Shown here: piece after piece, positions 15,401 through 30,300 of the stretch
Layout: each line of letters opens with the position of its first letter
How positions within the stretch are numbered: the first letter of the stretch is position 1
From: Eledone cirrhosa
Taxonomy: Eukaryota
DNA length: 64,000 bases
NCBI GenBank assembly: GCA_964016885.1
Contig: OZ024754.1
Span: 20,770,001 to 20,834,000 of the forward strand
Reading direction: 5' to 3'
Program-made: the position numbers and the translations under genes
Notes under the pieces: generated by a model
Told to the model about the DNA's origin: nothing
What the model saw: the letters and a program-made list of their open reading frames with translations, nothing else
Databases searched by the model: none

Positions 15401-18400
15401 TATTAACATAGACTCCTCCCATATTACCCTTGGTATTAACATAGAGACTCTACCCCATATTACCCTTGGTATTAATATAGAGACTCCGCCCCCCATATTA
15501 CCCTTGGTATTAACATAGACTCGCTCCCATATTACCCTCGGTATTAACATAAACTCCCTCCCATATTACCCTTGGTATTAACATAGACTACCTCCCATTT
15601 TACCCTGGGTCTTAACATAGACTCCCTCCCATATTAGACTTGGTATTAACATAGACTCCCTCCCATATTACCCTTGGTATTAACATAGACTCCCTCCCAT
15701 ATTACCCTTGGTATTAACATAGGGACTCCCTCCCATATTACCCTTGGTTTAACATAGAGACTCCCCCCCATATTACCCTTGGTATTAAAGTAGAGACTCC
15801 CTCCCATATTAACCTTGGTGTTAACATAGACTCCCTCCCATATTACCCTTGGTATTAACATAGTGACTCCCTCCCATATTAGCCTTGGTATTAATATAGA
15901 GACTCCCTCCCATATTAGCCTTGGTATTTACATAGACTCCCTCCCATATTACCCTTGGTATTAACATAGACTCCCTCCCATATTACCCTTGGTATTAACA
16001 TAGACTCCCTCCCATATTAACCTTGGTATTAACATAGAGACTCCCCCCCCCATATTACCCTTGGTATTAATATAGACTCCCTACCATATTACCCTTTGTA
16101 TTAACATAGACCCCCTCCCATATTACCCATGGTATTAACATAGACTCCCTCCCATATTACCCCTGGTATTAACATAGAGAATCCCTCCCATATTACCCTT
16201 GATATTAACATAGACTCCCTCCCATATTACCCTTGGTATTAACATAGACTCCCTCCCATATTACCCTTAGTATTAACATAGAGACTCCCTCCCATATTAA
16301 CATTGGTATTAACATAGACTCCCTCCCATATTACCCTTGGTATTAACATAGACTCGTCCCATATTACCCTCGGTATTAACATAGACTCCCTCCCATATTA
16401 CCCTTGGTATTAACATAGGGACTCCCTCCCATATTACCCTTGGTATTAACATAGAGACTCTACCCCATATTACCCTTGGTATTAATATAGAGACTCCGCC
16501 CCCCCATATTACCCTTGGTATTAACATAGACTCGCTCCCATATTACCCTCGGTATTAACATAGACTCCCTCCCATATTACCCTTGGTATTAACATAGACT
16601 ACCTCCCATATTACCCTGGGTCTTAACACAGACTCCCTCACATATTAGACTTGGTATTAACATAGACTCCCTGCCATATTACCCTTTGTATTAACATAGA
16701 CTCCCTCCCATATTACCCTTGGTATTAACATAGGGACTCCCTCCCATATTAGCCTTGGTATTAACATAGGGACTCCCTCCCATATTAGCCTTGGTATTAA
16801 CATAGACTACCTCCCTTATTACCCTGGGTCTTAACATAGACTACCTACCATATTAGACTTGGTATTAACATAGACTCCCTCCCATATTACCCTTGGTATT
16901 AACACAGACTCCCTCCCACATTACCCTTGGTATTAACATAGGGACTCCCTCCCATATTACCCTTGGTATTAACATAGAGACTCCCCCCCATATTACCCTT
17001 GGTATCAATATAGAGACTCCCTCCCATATTAACCTTGGTGTTAACATAGACTCCCTCCCATATTACCCTTGGTATTAACATAGGGACTCCCTCCCATATT
17101 AGCCTTGGTATTAACATAGGGACTCCCTCCCATATTAGACTTGGTATTAACATAGACTCCCTCCCATATTACCCTTGGTATTAACATAGACTCCCTCCCA
17201 TATTACCCTTGGTATTAACATAGACTCCTCCCATATTACCCTTGGTATTAACATAGACTCCCTCCCATATTAGCCTTGGTATTAATATAGAGACTCCGAC
17301 CCCCATATTACCCTTTCTATAAACTTAGACTCGCTCCCATATTACCCTTGGTATTAACATAAACTCCCTCCCATATTACCCTTGGTATTAACATAGACTA
17401 CCTCCCATATTACCCTGGGTCTTAACTTAGACTCCCTCCCATATTAGACTTGGTATTAACATAGACTCCCTGCCATATTACCCTTTGTATTTACATAGAC
17501 TCCCTCCCATATTACCCTTGGTATTAACATAGACTCCCTCCCATATTACCCTTGGTATTAACATAGAGACTCCCCCCCATATTACCCTTGGTATTAATAT
17601 AGAGACTCCCCCCATATTACCCTTGGTATTAATATAGAGACTCCCTCCCATATTAACCTTGGTGTTAACATAGACTCCCTCCCATATTACCCATGGTATT
17701 AACATAGAGACCGCCCCCCCCCCATATTACCCTTGGTATTAACATAGACTCCCTCCCATATTACCCTTGGTATTAACATAGACTCCATCCCATATTACCC
17801 TTGGTATTAACATAGACTCCCTCACATATTACAATTGGTGTTAACATAGACTCCCTCCCATATTACCCTTTGTATTAACATAGACTCCCTCCCATATTAC
17901 GCTTGGTATTAACATAGGGACTCCCTCCCATATTACCCTTGGTATTAACATAGACTCCCTCCCATATTAGCCTTGGTATTAATATAGAGACTCCGACCCC
18001 ATATTACCCTTTCTATTAACTTAGACTCGCTCCCATATTACCCTTGGTATTAACATAAACTCCCTCCCATATTACCCTTGGTATTAACATAGACTACCTC
18101 CCATATTACCCTGGGTCTTAACATAGACTCCCTCCCATATTACCCTTGGTATTAACATAGAGACTCCCCCCCATATTACCCTTGGTATTAATATTGAGAC
18201 TCCCCCCCATATTACCCTTGGTATTAATATAGAGACTCCCTCCCATATTAACCTTGGTGTTAACATAGACTCCCTCCCATATTACCCTTGGTATTAACAT
18301 AGACTCCCTCCCATATTACCCTTGGTATTAACATAGAGACTCCCCCCCATATTACCCTTGGTATTAATATAGAGACTCCCCCCCATATTACCCTTGGTAT

Positions 18401-21399
18401 TAATATAGAGACTCCCTCCCATATTAACCTTGGTGTTAACATAGACTCCCTCCCATATTACCCTTGGTATTAACATAGGGACTCCCTCCCATATTACCCT
18501 TAGTATTAACATAGAGACCGCCACCCCCATATTACCCTTGGTATTAACATAGACTCCCTCCCATATTACCCTTGGTATTAACATAGACTCCATCCCATAT
18601 TACCCTTGGTATTAACATAGACTCCCTCACATATTGCAATTGGTGTTAACATAGACTCCCTCCCATATTACCGTTGGTATTAACACAGGTACTCTCTCCC
18701 ATATTAGCCTTGGTATTAACATAGGGACTCCCTCCCATATTACCCTTGGTATTAACATAGAGACTCTACCCCATATTACCCTTGGTATTAATATAGAGAC
18801 TCCACCCCCCATATTACCCTTGGTATTAACATAGACTCGCTCCCATATTACCCTCGGTATTAACATAGACTCCCTCCCATATTACCCTTGGTATTAACAT
18901 AGACTACCTCCCATATTACCCTGGGTCTTAACATAGACTCCCTCCCATATTAGACTTGGTATTAACATAGACTCCCTGCCATATTACCCTTTGTATTAAC
19001 ATAGACTCCCTCCCATATTACCCTTGGTAATAACATAGGGACTCCCTCCCATATTAGCCTTGGTATTAACATAGGGACTCCCTCCCATATTAGCCTTGGT
19101 ATTAACATAGACTACCTTCCTTATTACCCTGGATCTTAACATAGACTCCCTCCCATATTAGACTTGGTATTAACATAGACTCCCTGCCATATTACCCTTT
19201 GTATTAACATAGACTCCCTCCCATATTACCCTTGGTATTAACATAGGGACTCCCTCCCATTATACCCTTGGTATTAACATAGAGACTCTACCCCATATTA
19301 CCCTTGGTATTAATATAGAGACCCCGCCCCCCATATTACCCTTGGTATTAACATAGACTCGCTCCCATATTACCCTCGGTATTAACATAGACTCCCTCCC
19401 ATATTACCCTTGGTATTAACATAGACTACCTCCCATATTACCCTGGCTCTTAACATAGACTCCCTCCCATATTAGACTTGGTATTAACATAGACTCCCTG
19501 CCATATTACCCTTTGTATTAACATAGACTCCCTCCCATATTACCCTTGGTATTAACATAGGGACTCCCTCCCATATTAGCCTTGGTATTAACATAGGGAG
19601 TCCCTCCAATATTACCCTTGGTATTAACATAGGGACTCCCTCCCATATTAGCCTTGGTATTAACATAGGGACTCCCTCCCATATTAGCCTTGGTATTAAC
19701 ATAGACTACCTCCCTTATTACCCTGGGTCTTAACATAGACTCCCTCCCATATTAGACTTGGTATTAACATAGACTCCCTCCCATATTACCCTTGGTATTA
19801 ACATAGACTCCCTCCCATATTACCCTTGGTATTAACATAGGGACTCCCTCCCATATTACCCTTGGTATTAACATAGAGACTCCTCCCCATATTACCCTTG
19901 GTATTAATATAGAGACTCCCTCCCATATTAACCTTGGTGTTAACATAGGGACTCCCTCCCATATTAGCCTTGGTATTAACATAGGGAATCCCTCCCATAT
20001 TAGACTTGGTATTAACATAGACTCCCTCCCATATTACCCTTGGTATTAACATAGACACCCTCCCATATTACCCTTGGTATTAACATAGGGACTCCCTCCC
20101 ATATTACCCTTGGTATTAACATAGAGACTCCCTCCCATATTATCCTTGGTTTTAACATAGACTACCTCCCATTTTACCCTGGGTCTTAACATAGACTCCC
20201 TCCCATATTAGACTTGGTATTAGCATAGACTCCCTCCCATATTACCTTTGGTATTAACATAGACTTCCTGCAATATTACCCTTGGTATTAACATAGGGAC
20301 TCCCTCCCATATTACCCTTGGTATTAACATAGAGACTCCCCCCCATATTACCCTTGGTATTAAAGTAGAGACTCCCTCGCATATTAACCATGGTGTTAAC
20401 ATAGACTCCCTCCCATATTACCCTTGGTATTAACATAGTGACTCCCTCCCATATTAGCCTTGGTATTAACATAGGGACTCCCTCCCATATTAGCCTTGGT
20501 ATTTACATAGACTCCCTGCCATACTACCCTTGGTATTAACATAGACTCCCTCCCATATTACCCTTGGTATTAACATAGACTCCCTCCCATATTAACCTTG
20601 GTATTAACATAGAGACTCCCCCCCCACATTACCCTTGGTATTAATATAGACTCCCTCCCATATTACCCTTTGTATTAACATAGACCCCCTCCCATATTAC
20701 CCATGGTATTAACATAGACTCCCTCCAATATTACCCTTGGTATTAACATAGACTCCCTCCCATATTACCCTTGGTATTAACATAGAGAATCCCTCCCATA
20801 TTACCCTTAATATTAACATAGACTCCCTCCCATATTACCCTTGGTATTAACATAGACTCCCTCCCATATTACCCTTAGTATTAACATAGGGACTCCCTCC
20901 CATATTAACATTGGTATTAACATAGACTCCCTCCCATATTACCCTTGGTATTAACATAGACTCCCTCCCATATTAGACTTGGTATTAACATAGACTCCGT
21001 CCCATATTACCCTTGGTATTAACATAGACTCCCTCCCATATTACGCTTGGTATTAACATAGACTCCTCCCATATTACCCTTGGTATTAATATAGACTCCC
21101 TCCCATATTACGCTTGGTATTAACATAGACTCCCTCCCATATTAGACTTGGTATTAACACAGACTCCCTCCCATATTACCCTTGGTATTAACATAGACTC
21201 CCTCACATATTACGCTTGGTATTAACATAGACTCCTCCCATATTACGCTTGGTATTAACATAGACTCCCTCCCATATTAGCCTTGGTATTAATATAGAGA
21301 CTCCGCCCCCCATATTACCCTTGGTATTAACATAGACTCGCTCCCATATTACCCTCGGTATTAACATAGACTCCCTCCCATATTACCCTTGGTATTAAC

Positions 21400-24300
21400 A
21401 TAGACTACCTCCTATATTACCCTTTGTATTAACATAGACTCCCTCCCATATTACCCTTGGTATTAACATAGGGACTCCCTCCCATATTACCCTTGGTATT
21501 AACATAGAGACTCTACCCCATATTACCCTTGGTATTAATATAGAAACTCCCCCCCCCCATATTACACTTGGTATTAACATAGACTCGCTCCCATACTACC
21601 CTCGGTATTAACATAGACTACCTCCCATATTACCCTGCGTCTTAACATAGACTCCCTCCCATATTAGACTTGGTATTAACATAGACTCCCTGCCATATTA
21701 CCCTTTGTATTAACATAGGGACCCCCTCCCTTATTAGCCTTGGTATTAACATAGGGACTCCCTCCCATATTAGCCTTGGTATTAACATAGACTACCTCCC
21801 TTATTACCCTGGGTCTTAACATAGACTCCCTCCCATATTAGACTTGGTATTAACATAGACTCCCTCCCATATTACCCTTGGTATTAACATAGACTCCCTC
21901 CCATATTACCCTTGGTATTAACATAGGGACTCCCCCCCATATTACCCTTGGTATTAACATAGAGACTCCCCCCCCCCATATTACCCTAGGTATTAATATA
22001 GAGACTCCCTCCCATATTAACCTTGGTGTTAACATAGACTCCCTCCCATATTACCCTTGGTATTAACATAGGGACTCCCTCCCATATTAGCCTTGGTATT
22101 AACATAGGGACTCCCTCCCATATTAGACTTGGTATTAACATAGACTCCCTCCCATATTACCCATGGTATTAACATAGACTCCCTCCCATATTACCCTTGG
22201 CATTAACATAGACTCCTCCCATATTACCCTTGGTATTAACATAGACTCCCTCCCATATTAGCCTTGGTATTAATATAGAGACTCCGCCCCCCATATTACC
22301 CTTGGTATTAACATAGACTCGCTCCCATATTACCCTTGGTATTAACATAAACTCCCTCCCATATTACCCTTGGTATTAACATAGACTACCTCCCATATTA
22401 CCCTGGGTCTTAACATAGACTCCCTCCCATATTAGACTTGGTATTAACATAGACTCCCTGCCATATTACCCTTTGTATTAACATAGACTCCCTCCCATAT
22501 TACCCTTGGTATTAACATAGACTCCCTCCCATATTTCCCTTGGTATTAACATAGAGACTCCCCCCCATATTACCCTTGGTATTAATATAGAGACTCCCTC
22601 CCATATTAACCTTGGTGTTAACATAGACTCCCTCCCATATTAACCTTGGTGTTAACATAGACTCCCTCCCATATTACCCTTGGTATTAACATAGGGACTC
22701 CCTCCCATATTACCCTTGGTATTAACATAGACTCCCTCCCATATTAGCCTTGGTATTAACATAGACTACCTCCCTTATTACCCTGGGTCTTAACATAGAC
22801 TCCCTCCCATATTAGACTTGGTATTAACATAGACTCCCTCCCATATTACCCTTGGTATTAACATAGACTCCCTCCCATATTACCCTTGGTATTAACATAG
22901 GGACTCCCCCCCATATTACCCTTGGTATTAACATAGAGACTCCCCCCCCATATTACCCTTGGTATTAATATAGAGACTCCATCCCATATTAATCTTGGTG
23001 TTAACATAGACTCCCTCCCATATTACCCTTGGTATTAACATAGGGACTCCCTCCCATATTACCCTTGGTATTAACATAGACTCCCTCCCATATTACCCTT
23101 GGTATTAACATAGACTCCATCCCATATTACCCTTGGTATTAACATAGACTCCCTCCCATATTACCCTTGGTATTAACATAGGGACTCCCCCCCATATTAC
23201 CCTTGGTATTAACATAGAGACTCCCCCCCCCATATTACCCTTGGTATTAATATAGAGACTCCCTCCCATATTAACCTTGGTGTTAACATAGACTCCCTCC
23301 CATATTACCCTTGGTATTAACATAGAGACCGCCCCCCCATATTACCCTTGGTATTAACATAGACTCCCTCCCATATTAACCTTGGTATTAACATAGACTC
23401 CATCCCATATTACCCTTGGTATTAACATAGACTCCCTCACATATTACCGTTGGTATTAACACAGGGACTCTCTCCCATATTAGCCTTGGTATTAACATAG
23501 GGACTCCCTCCCATATTACCCTTGGTATTAACATAGAGACTCTACCCCATATTACCCTTGGTATTAACATAGACTCCCTCACATATTACCGTTGGTATTA
23601 ACACAGGGACTCCCTCCCATATTACCCTTGGTATTAACATAGGGACTCCCTCCCATATTAGCCTTGGTATTAACATAGGGACTCCCTCCCATATTAGACT
23701 TGGTATTAACATAGACTCCCTCCCATATTACCCATGGTATTAACATAGACTCCCTCCCATATTACCCTTGGCATTAACATAGACTCCTCCCATATTACCC
23801 TTGGTATTAACATAGACTCCCTCCCATATTAGCCTTGGTATTAATATAGAGACTCCGACCCCCATATTACCCTTTCTATTAACTTAGACTCGCTCCCATA
23901 TTACCCTTGGTATTAACATAAACTCCCTCCCATAATACCCTTCGTATTAACATAGACTACCTCCCATATTACCCTGGGTCTTAACATAGACTCCCTCCCA
24001 TATTAGACTTGGTATTAACATAGACTCCCTGCCATATTACCCTTTGTAGTAACATAGACTCCCTCCCATATTACCCTTGGTATTAACATAGACTCCCTAC
24101 CATATTTCCCTTGGTATTAACATAGAGACTCCCCCCCCATATTACCCTTGGTATTAATATAGAGACTCCCCCCCATATTACCCTTGGTATTAATATAGAG
24201 ACTCCCTCCCATATTAACCTTGGTGTTAACATAGACTCCCTCCCATATTAACCTTGGTGTTAACATAGACTCCCTCCCATATTACCCTTGGTATTAACAT

Positions 24301-27300
24301 AGGGACTCCCTCCCATATTACCCTTGGTATTAACATAGAGACTCTACCCCATATTACCCTTGGTATTAATATAGAGACTCCCCCCCCCCCATATTACACT
24401 TGGTATTAACATAGACTCGCTCCCATACTACCCTCGGTATTAACATAGACTCCCTCCCATATTACCCTTGGTATTAACATAGACTCCCTCCCATATTAGA
24501 CTTGGTATTAACATAGACGCCCTGCCATATTACCCTTTGTATTAACATAGGGACTCCCTCCCTTATTAGCCTTGGTATTAACATAGGGACTCCCTCCCAT
24601 ATTAGCCTTGGTATTAACATAGACTACCTCCCTTATTACCCTGGGTCTTAACATAGACTCCCTCCCATATTAGACTTGGTATTAACATAGACTCCCTCCC
24701 ATATTACCCTTGGTATTAACATAGACTCCCTCCCATATTACCCTTGGTATTATCATAGGGACTCCCCCCCATATTACCCTTGGTATTAACATAGAGACTC
24801 CCCCCCCCCATATTACCCTTGGTATTAATATAGAGACTCCCTCCCATATTAACCTTGGTGTTAACATAGACTCCCTCCCATATTACCCTTGGTATTAACA
24901 TAGGGACTCCCTCCCATATTAGCCTTGGTATTAACATAGGGACTCCCTCCCATATTAGACTTGGTATTAACATAGACTCCCTCCCATATTACCCATGGTA
25001 TTAACATAGACTCCCTCCCATATTACCCTTGGCATTAACATAGACTCCTCCCATATTACCCTTGGTATTAACATAGACTCCCTCCCATATTAGCCTTGGT
25101 ATTAATATAGAGACTCCGACCCCCATATTACCCTTTCTATTAACTTAGACTCGCTCCCATATTACCCTTGGTATTAACATAAACTCCCTCCCATATTACC
25201 CTTGGTATTAACATAGACTACCTCCCATATTACCCTGGGTCTTAACATAGATTCCCTCCCATATTAGACTTGGTATTAACATAGACTCACTGCCATATTA
25301 CCCTTTGTATTAACATAGACTCCCTCCCATATTACCCTTGGTATTAACATAGACTCCCTCCCATATTTCCCTTGGTATTAACATAGAGGCTCCCCCCCAT
25401 ATTACCCTTGGTATTAATATAGAGACTCCCCCCCATATTACCCTTGGTATTAATATAGAGACTCCCTCCCATATTAACCTTGGTGTTAACATAGACTCCC
25501 TCCCATATTAACCTTGGTGTTAACATAGACTCCCTCCCATATTACCCTTGGTATTAACATAGGGACTCCCTCCCATATTACCCTTGGTATTAACATAGAC
25601 TCCCTCCCATATTAGCCTTGGTATTAACATAGACTACCTCCCTTATTACCCTGGGTCTTAACATAGACTCCCTCCCATATTAGACTTGGTATTAACATAG
25701 ACTCCCTCCCATATTACCCTTGGTATTAACATAGACTCCCTCCCATATTACCCTTGGTATTAACATAGGGACTCCCCCCCATATTACCCTTGGTATTAAC
25801 ATAGAGACTCCCCCCCCCATATTACCCTTGGTATTAATATAGAGACTCCATCCCATATTAATCTTGGTGTTAACATAGACTCCCTCCCATATTACCCTTG
25901 GTATTAACATAGGGACTCCCTCCCATATTACCCTTGGTATTAACATAGACTCCCTCCCATATTACCCTTGGTATTAACATAGACTCCATCCCATATTACC
26001 CTTGGTATTAACATAGACTCCCTCCCATATTACCCTTGGTATTAACATAGGGACTCCCCCCCATATTACCCTTGGTATTAACATAGAGACTCCCCCCCCA
26101 TATTACCCTTGGTATTAATATAGAGACTCCCTCCCATATTAACCTTGGTGTTAACATAGACTCCCTCCCATATTACCCTTGGTATTAACATAGAGACCGC
26201 CCCCCCATATTACCCTTGGTATTAACATAGACTCCCTCCCATATTACCCTTGGTATTAACATAGACTCCATCCCATATTACCTTTGGTATTAACATAGAC
26301 TCCCTCACATATTACCGTTGGTATTAACACAGGGACTCTCTCCCATATTAGCCTTGGTATTAACATAGGGACTCCCTCCCATATTACCCTTGGTATTAAC
26401 ATAGAGACTCTACCCCATATTACCCTTGGTATTAACATAGACTCCCTCACATATTACCGTTGGTATTAACACAGGGACTCCCTCCCATATTACCCTTGGT
26501 ATTAACATAGGGACTCCCTCCCATATTAGTCTTGGTATTAACATAGACTCCCTCCCATATTAGACTTGGTATTAACATAGACTCCCTGCCATATTACCCT
26601 TTGTATTAACATAGACTCCCTCCCATATTACCCTTGGTATTAACATAGACTCCCTCCCATATTACCCTTAGTATTAACATAGGGACTCCCTCCCATATTA
26701 ACATTGGTATTAACATAGACTCCCTCCCATATTACCCTTGGTATTAACATAGACTCCCTCCCATATTAGACTTGGTATTAACATAGACTCCGTCCCATAT
26801 TACCCTTGGTATTAACATAGACTCCCTCCCATATTACGCTTGGTATTAACATAGACTCCTCCCATATTACCCTTGGTATTAATATAGACTCCCTCCCATA
26901 TTACGCTTGGTATTAACATAGACTCCCTCCCATATTAGACTTGGTATTAACATAGACTCCCTCCCATATTACCCTTGGTATTAACATAGACTCCCTCCCA
27001 TATTACGCTTGGTATTAACATAGACTCCTCCCATATTACCCTTGGTATTAACATAGACTCCCTCCCATATTACCCTTGGTATTAACATAGACTCCCTCCC
27101 ATATTAGACTTGGTATTAACATAGACTCCCGCCCATATTACCCTTGGTATTAACATAGACTCCCCCCCATATTACGCTTGGTATTAACATAGACTCCCTC
27201 CCATATTAGCCTTGGTATTAATATAGAGACTCCGCCCCCCATATTACCCTTGGTATTAACATAGACTCGCTCCCATATTACCCTCGGTATTAACATAGAC

Positions 27301-30300
27301 TCCCTCCCATATTACCCTTGGTATTAACATAGACTACCTCCCATATTACCCTGGGTCTTAACATAGACTCCCTCCCATATTAGACTTGGTATTAACATAG
27401 ACTCCCTGCCATATTACCCTTTGTATTAACATAGACTCCCTCCCATATTACCCTTGGTATTAACATAGGGACTCCCTCCCATATTACCCTTGGTATTAAC
27501 ATAGAGACTCTACCCCATATTACCCTTGGTATTAATATAGAGACTCCCCCCCCCATATTACACTTGGTATTAACATAGACTCGCTCCCATACTACCCTCG
27601 GTATTAACATAGACTCCCTCCCATATTACCCTTGGTATTAACATAGACTACCTCCCATATTACCCTGCGTCTTAACATAGACTCCCTCCCATATTAGACT
27701 TGGTATTAACATAGACTCCCTGCCATATTACCCTTTGTATTAACATAGGGACCCCCTCCCTTATTAGCCTTGGTATTAACATAGGGACTCCCTCCCATAT
27801 TACCCTTGGTATTAACATAGACTCCCTCCCATATTACCCTTGGTATTAACATAGGGACTCCCCCCCATATTACCCTTGGTATTAACATAGAGACTCCCCC
27901 CCCCCATATTACCCTTGGTATTAATATAGAGACTCCCTCCCATATTAACCTTGGTGTTAACATAGACTCCCTCCCATATTACCCTTGGTATTAACATAGG
28001 GACTCCCTCCCATATTAGCCTTGGTATTAACATAGGGACTCCCTCCCATATTAGACTTGGTATTAACATAGACTCCCTCCCATATTACCCATGGTATTAA
28101 CATAGACTCCCTCCCATATTACCCTTGGCATTAACATAGACTCCTCCCATATTACCCTTGGTATTAACATAGACTCCCTCCCATATTAGCCTTGGTATTA
28201 ATATAGAGACTCCGACCCCCATATTACCCTTTCTATTAACTTAGACTCGCTCCCATATTATCCTTGGTATTAACATAAACTCCCTCCCATATTACCCTTG
28301 GTATTAACATAGACTACCTCCCATATTACCCTGGGTCTTAACATAGACTCCCTCCCATATTAGACTTGGTATTAACATAGACTCCCTGCCATATTAGCCT
28401 TTGTATTAACATAGACTCCCTCCCATATTACCCTTGGTATTAACATAGACTCCCTCCCATATTTCCCTTGGTATTAACATAGAGACTCCCCCCCATATTA
28501 CCCTTGGTATTAATATAGAGACTCCCTCCCATATTAACCTTGGTGTTAACATAGACTCCCTCCCATATTAACCTTGGTGTTAACATAGACTCCCTCCCAT
28601 ATTACCCTTGGTATTAACATAGGGACTCCCTCCCATATTACCCTTGGTATTAACATAGACTCCCTCCCATATTAGCCTTGGTATTAACATAGACTACCTC
28701 CCTTATTACCCTGGGTCTTAACATAGACTCCCTCCCATATTAGACTTGGTATTAACATAGACTCCCTCCCATATTACCCTTGGTATTAACATAGACTCCC
28801 TCCCATATTACCCTTGGTATTAACATAGGGACTCCCCCCCATATTACCCTTGGTATTAACATAGAGACTCCCCCCCCCATATTACCCTTGGTATTAATAT
28901 AGAGACTCCATCCCATATTAATCTTGGTGTTAACATAGACACCCTCCCATATTACCCTTGGTATTAACATAGGGACTCCCTCCCATATTACCCTTGGTAT
29001 TAACATAGACTCCCTCCCATATTACCCTTGGTATTAACATAGACTCCATCCCATATTACCCTTGGTATTAACATAGACTCCCTCCCATATTACCCTTGGT
29101 ATTAACATAGGGACTCCCCCCCATATTACCCTTGGTATTAACATAGAGACTCCCCCCCCCCCCATATTACCCTTGGTATTAATATAGAGACTCCCTCCCA
29201 TATTAACCTTGGTGTTAACATAGACTCCCTCCCATATTACCCTTGGTATTAACATAGAGACCGCCCCCCATATTACCCTTGGTATTAACATAGACTCCCT
29301 CCCATATTACCCTTGGTATTAACATAGACTCCATCCCATATTACCTTTGGTATTAACATAGACTCCCTCACATATTACCGTTGGTATTAACACAGGGACT
29401 CTCTCCCATATTAGCCTTGGTATTAACATAGGGACTCCCTCCCATATTACCCTTGGTATTAACATAGAGACTCTACCCCATATTACCCTTGGTATTAACA
29501 TAGACTCCCTCACATATTACTGTTGGTATTAACACAGGGACTCCCTCCCATATTACCCTTGGTATTAACATAGGGACTCCCTCCCATATTAGTCTTGGTA
29601 TTAACATAGACTCCCTCCCATATTAGACTTGGTATTAACATAGACTCCCTGCCATATTACCCTTTGTATTAACATAGACTCCCTCCCATATTACCCTTGG
29701 TATTAACATAGACTCCCTCCCATATTACCCTTAGTATTAACATAGGGACTCCCTCCCATATTAACATTGGTATTAACATAGACTCCCTCCCATATTACCC
29801 TTGGTATTAACATAGGGACTCCCTCCCATATTACCCTTGGTATTAACATAGACTCCCTCCCATATTAGCCTTGGTATTAACATAGACTACCTCCCTTATT
29901 ACCCTGGGTCTTAACATAGACTCCCTCCCATATTAGACTTGGTATTAACATAGACTCCCTCCCATATTACCCTTGGTATTAACATAGACTCCCTCCCATA
30001 TTACCCTTGGTATTAACATAGAGACCGCCCCCCCCATATTACCCTTGGTATTAACATAGACTCCCTCCCATATTACCCTTGGTATTAACATAGACTCCAT
30101 CCCATATTACCCTTGGTATTAACATAGACTCCCTCACATATTACCGTTGGTATTAACACAGGGACTCTCTCCCATATTAGCCTTGGTATTAACATAGAGA
30201 CTCTACCCCATATTACCCTTGGTATTAATATAGAGACTCCCCCCCCCATATTACACTTGGTATTAACATAGACTCGCTCCCATACTACCCTCGGTATTAA

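Noticed and set aside
21926-21935. GGGACTCCCC fits the NF-kB consensus GGGRNWYYCC
   Set aside because: A degenerate 10-mer produced by a poly-C variant, with host unknown and no gene context. It is not supportable as a regulatory site.
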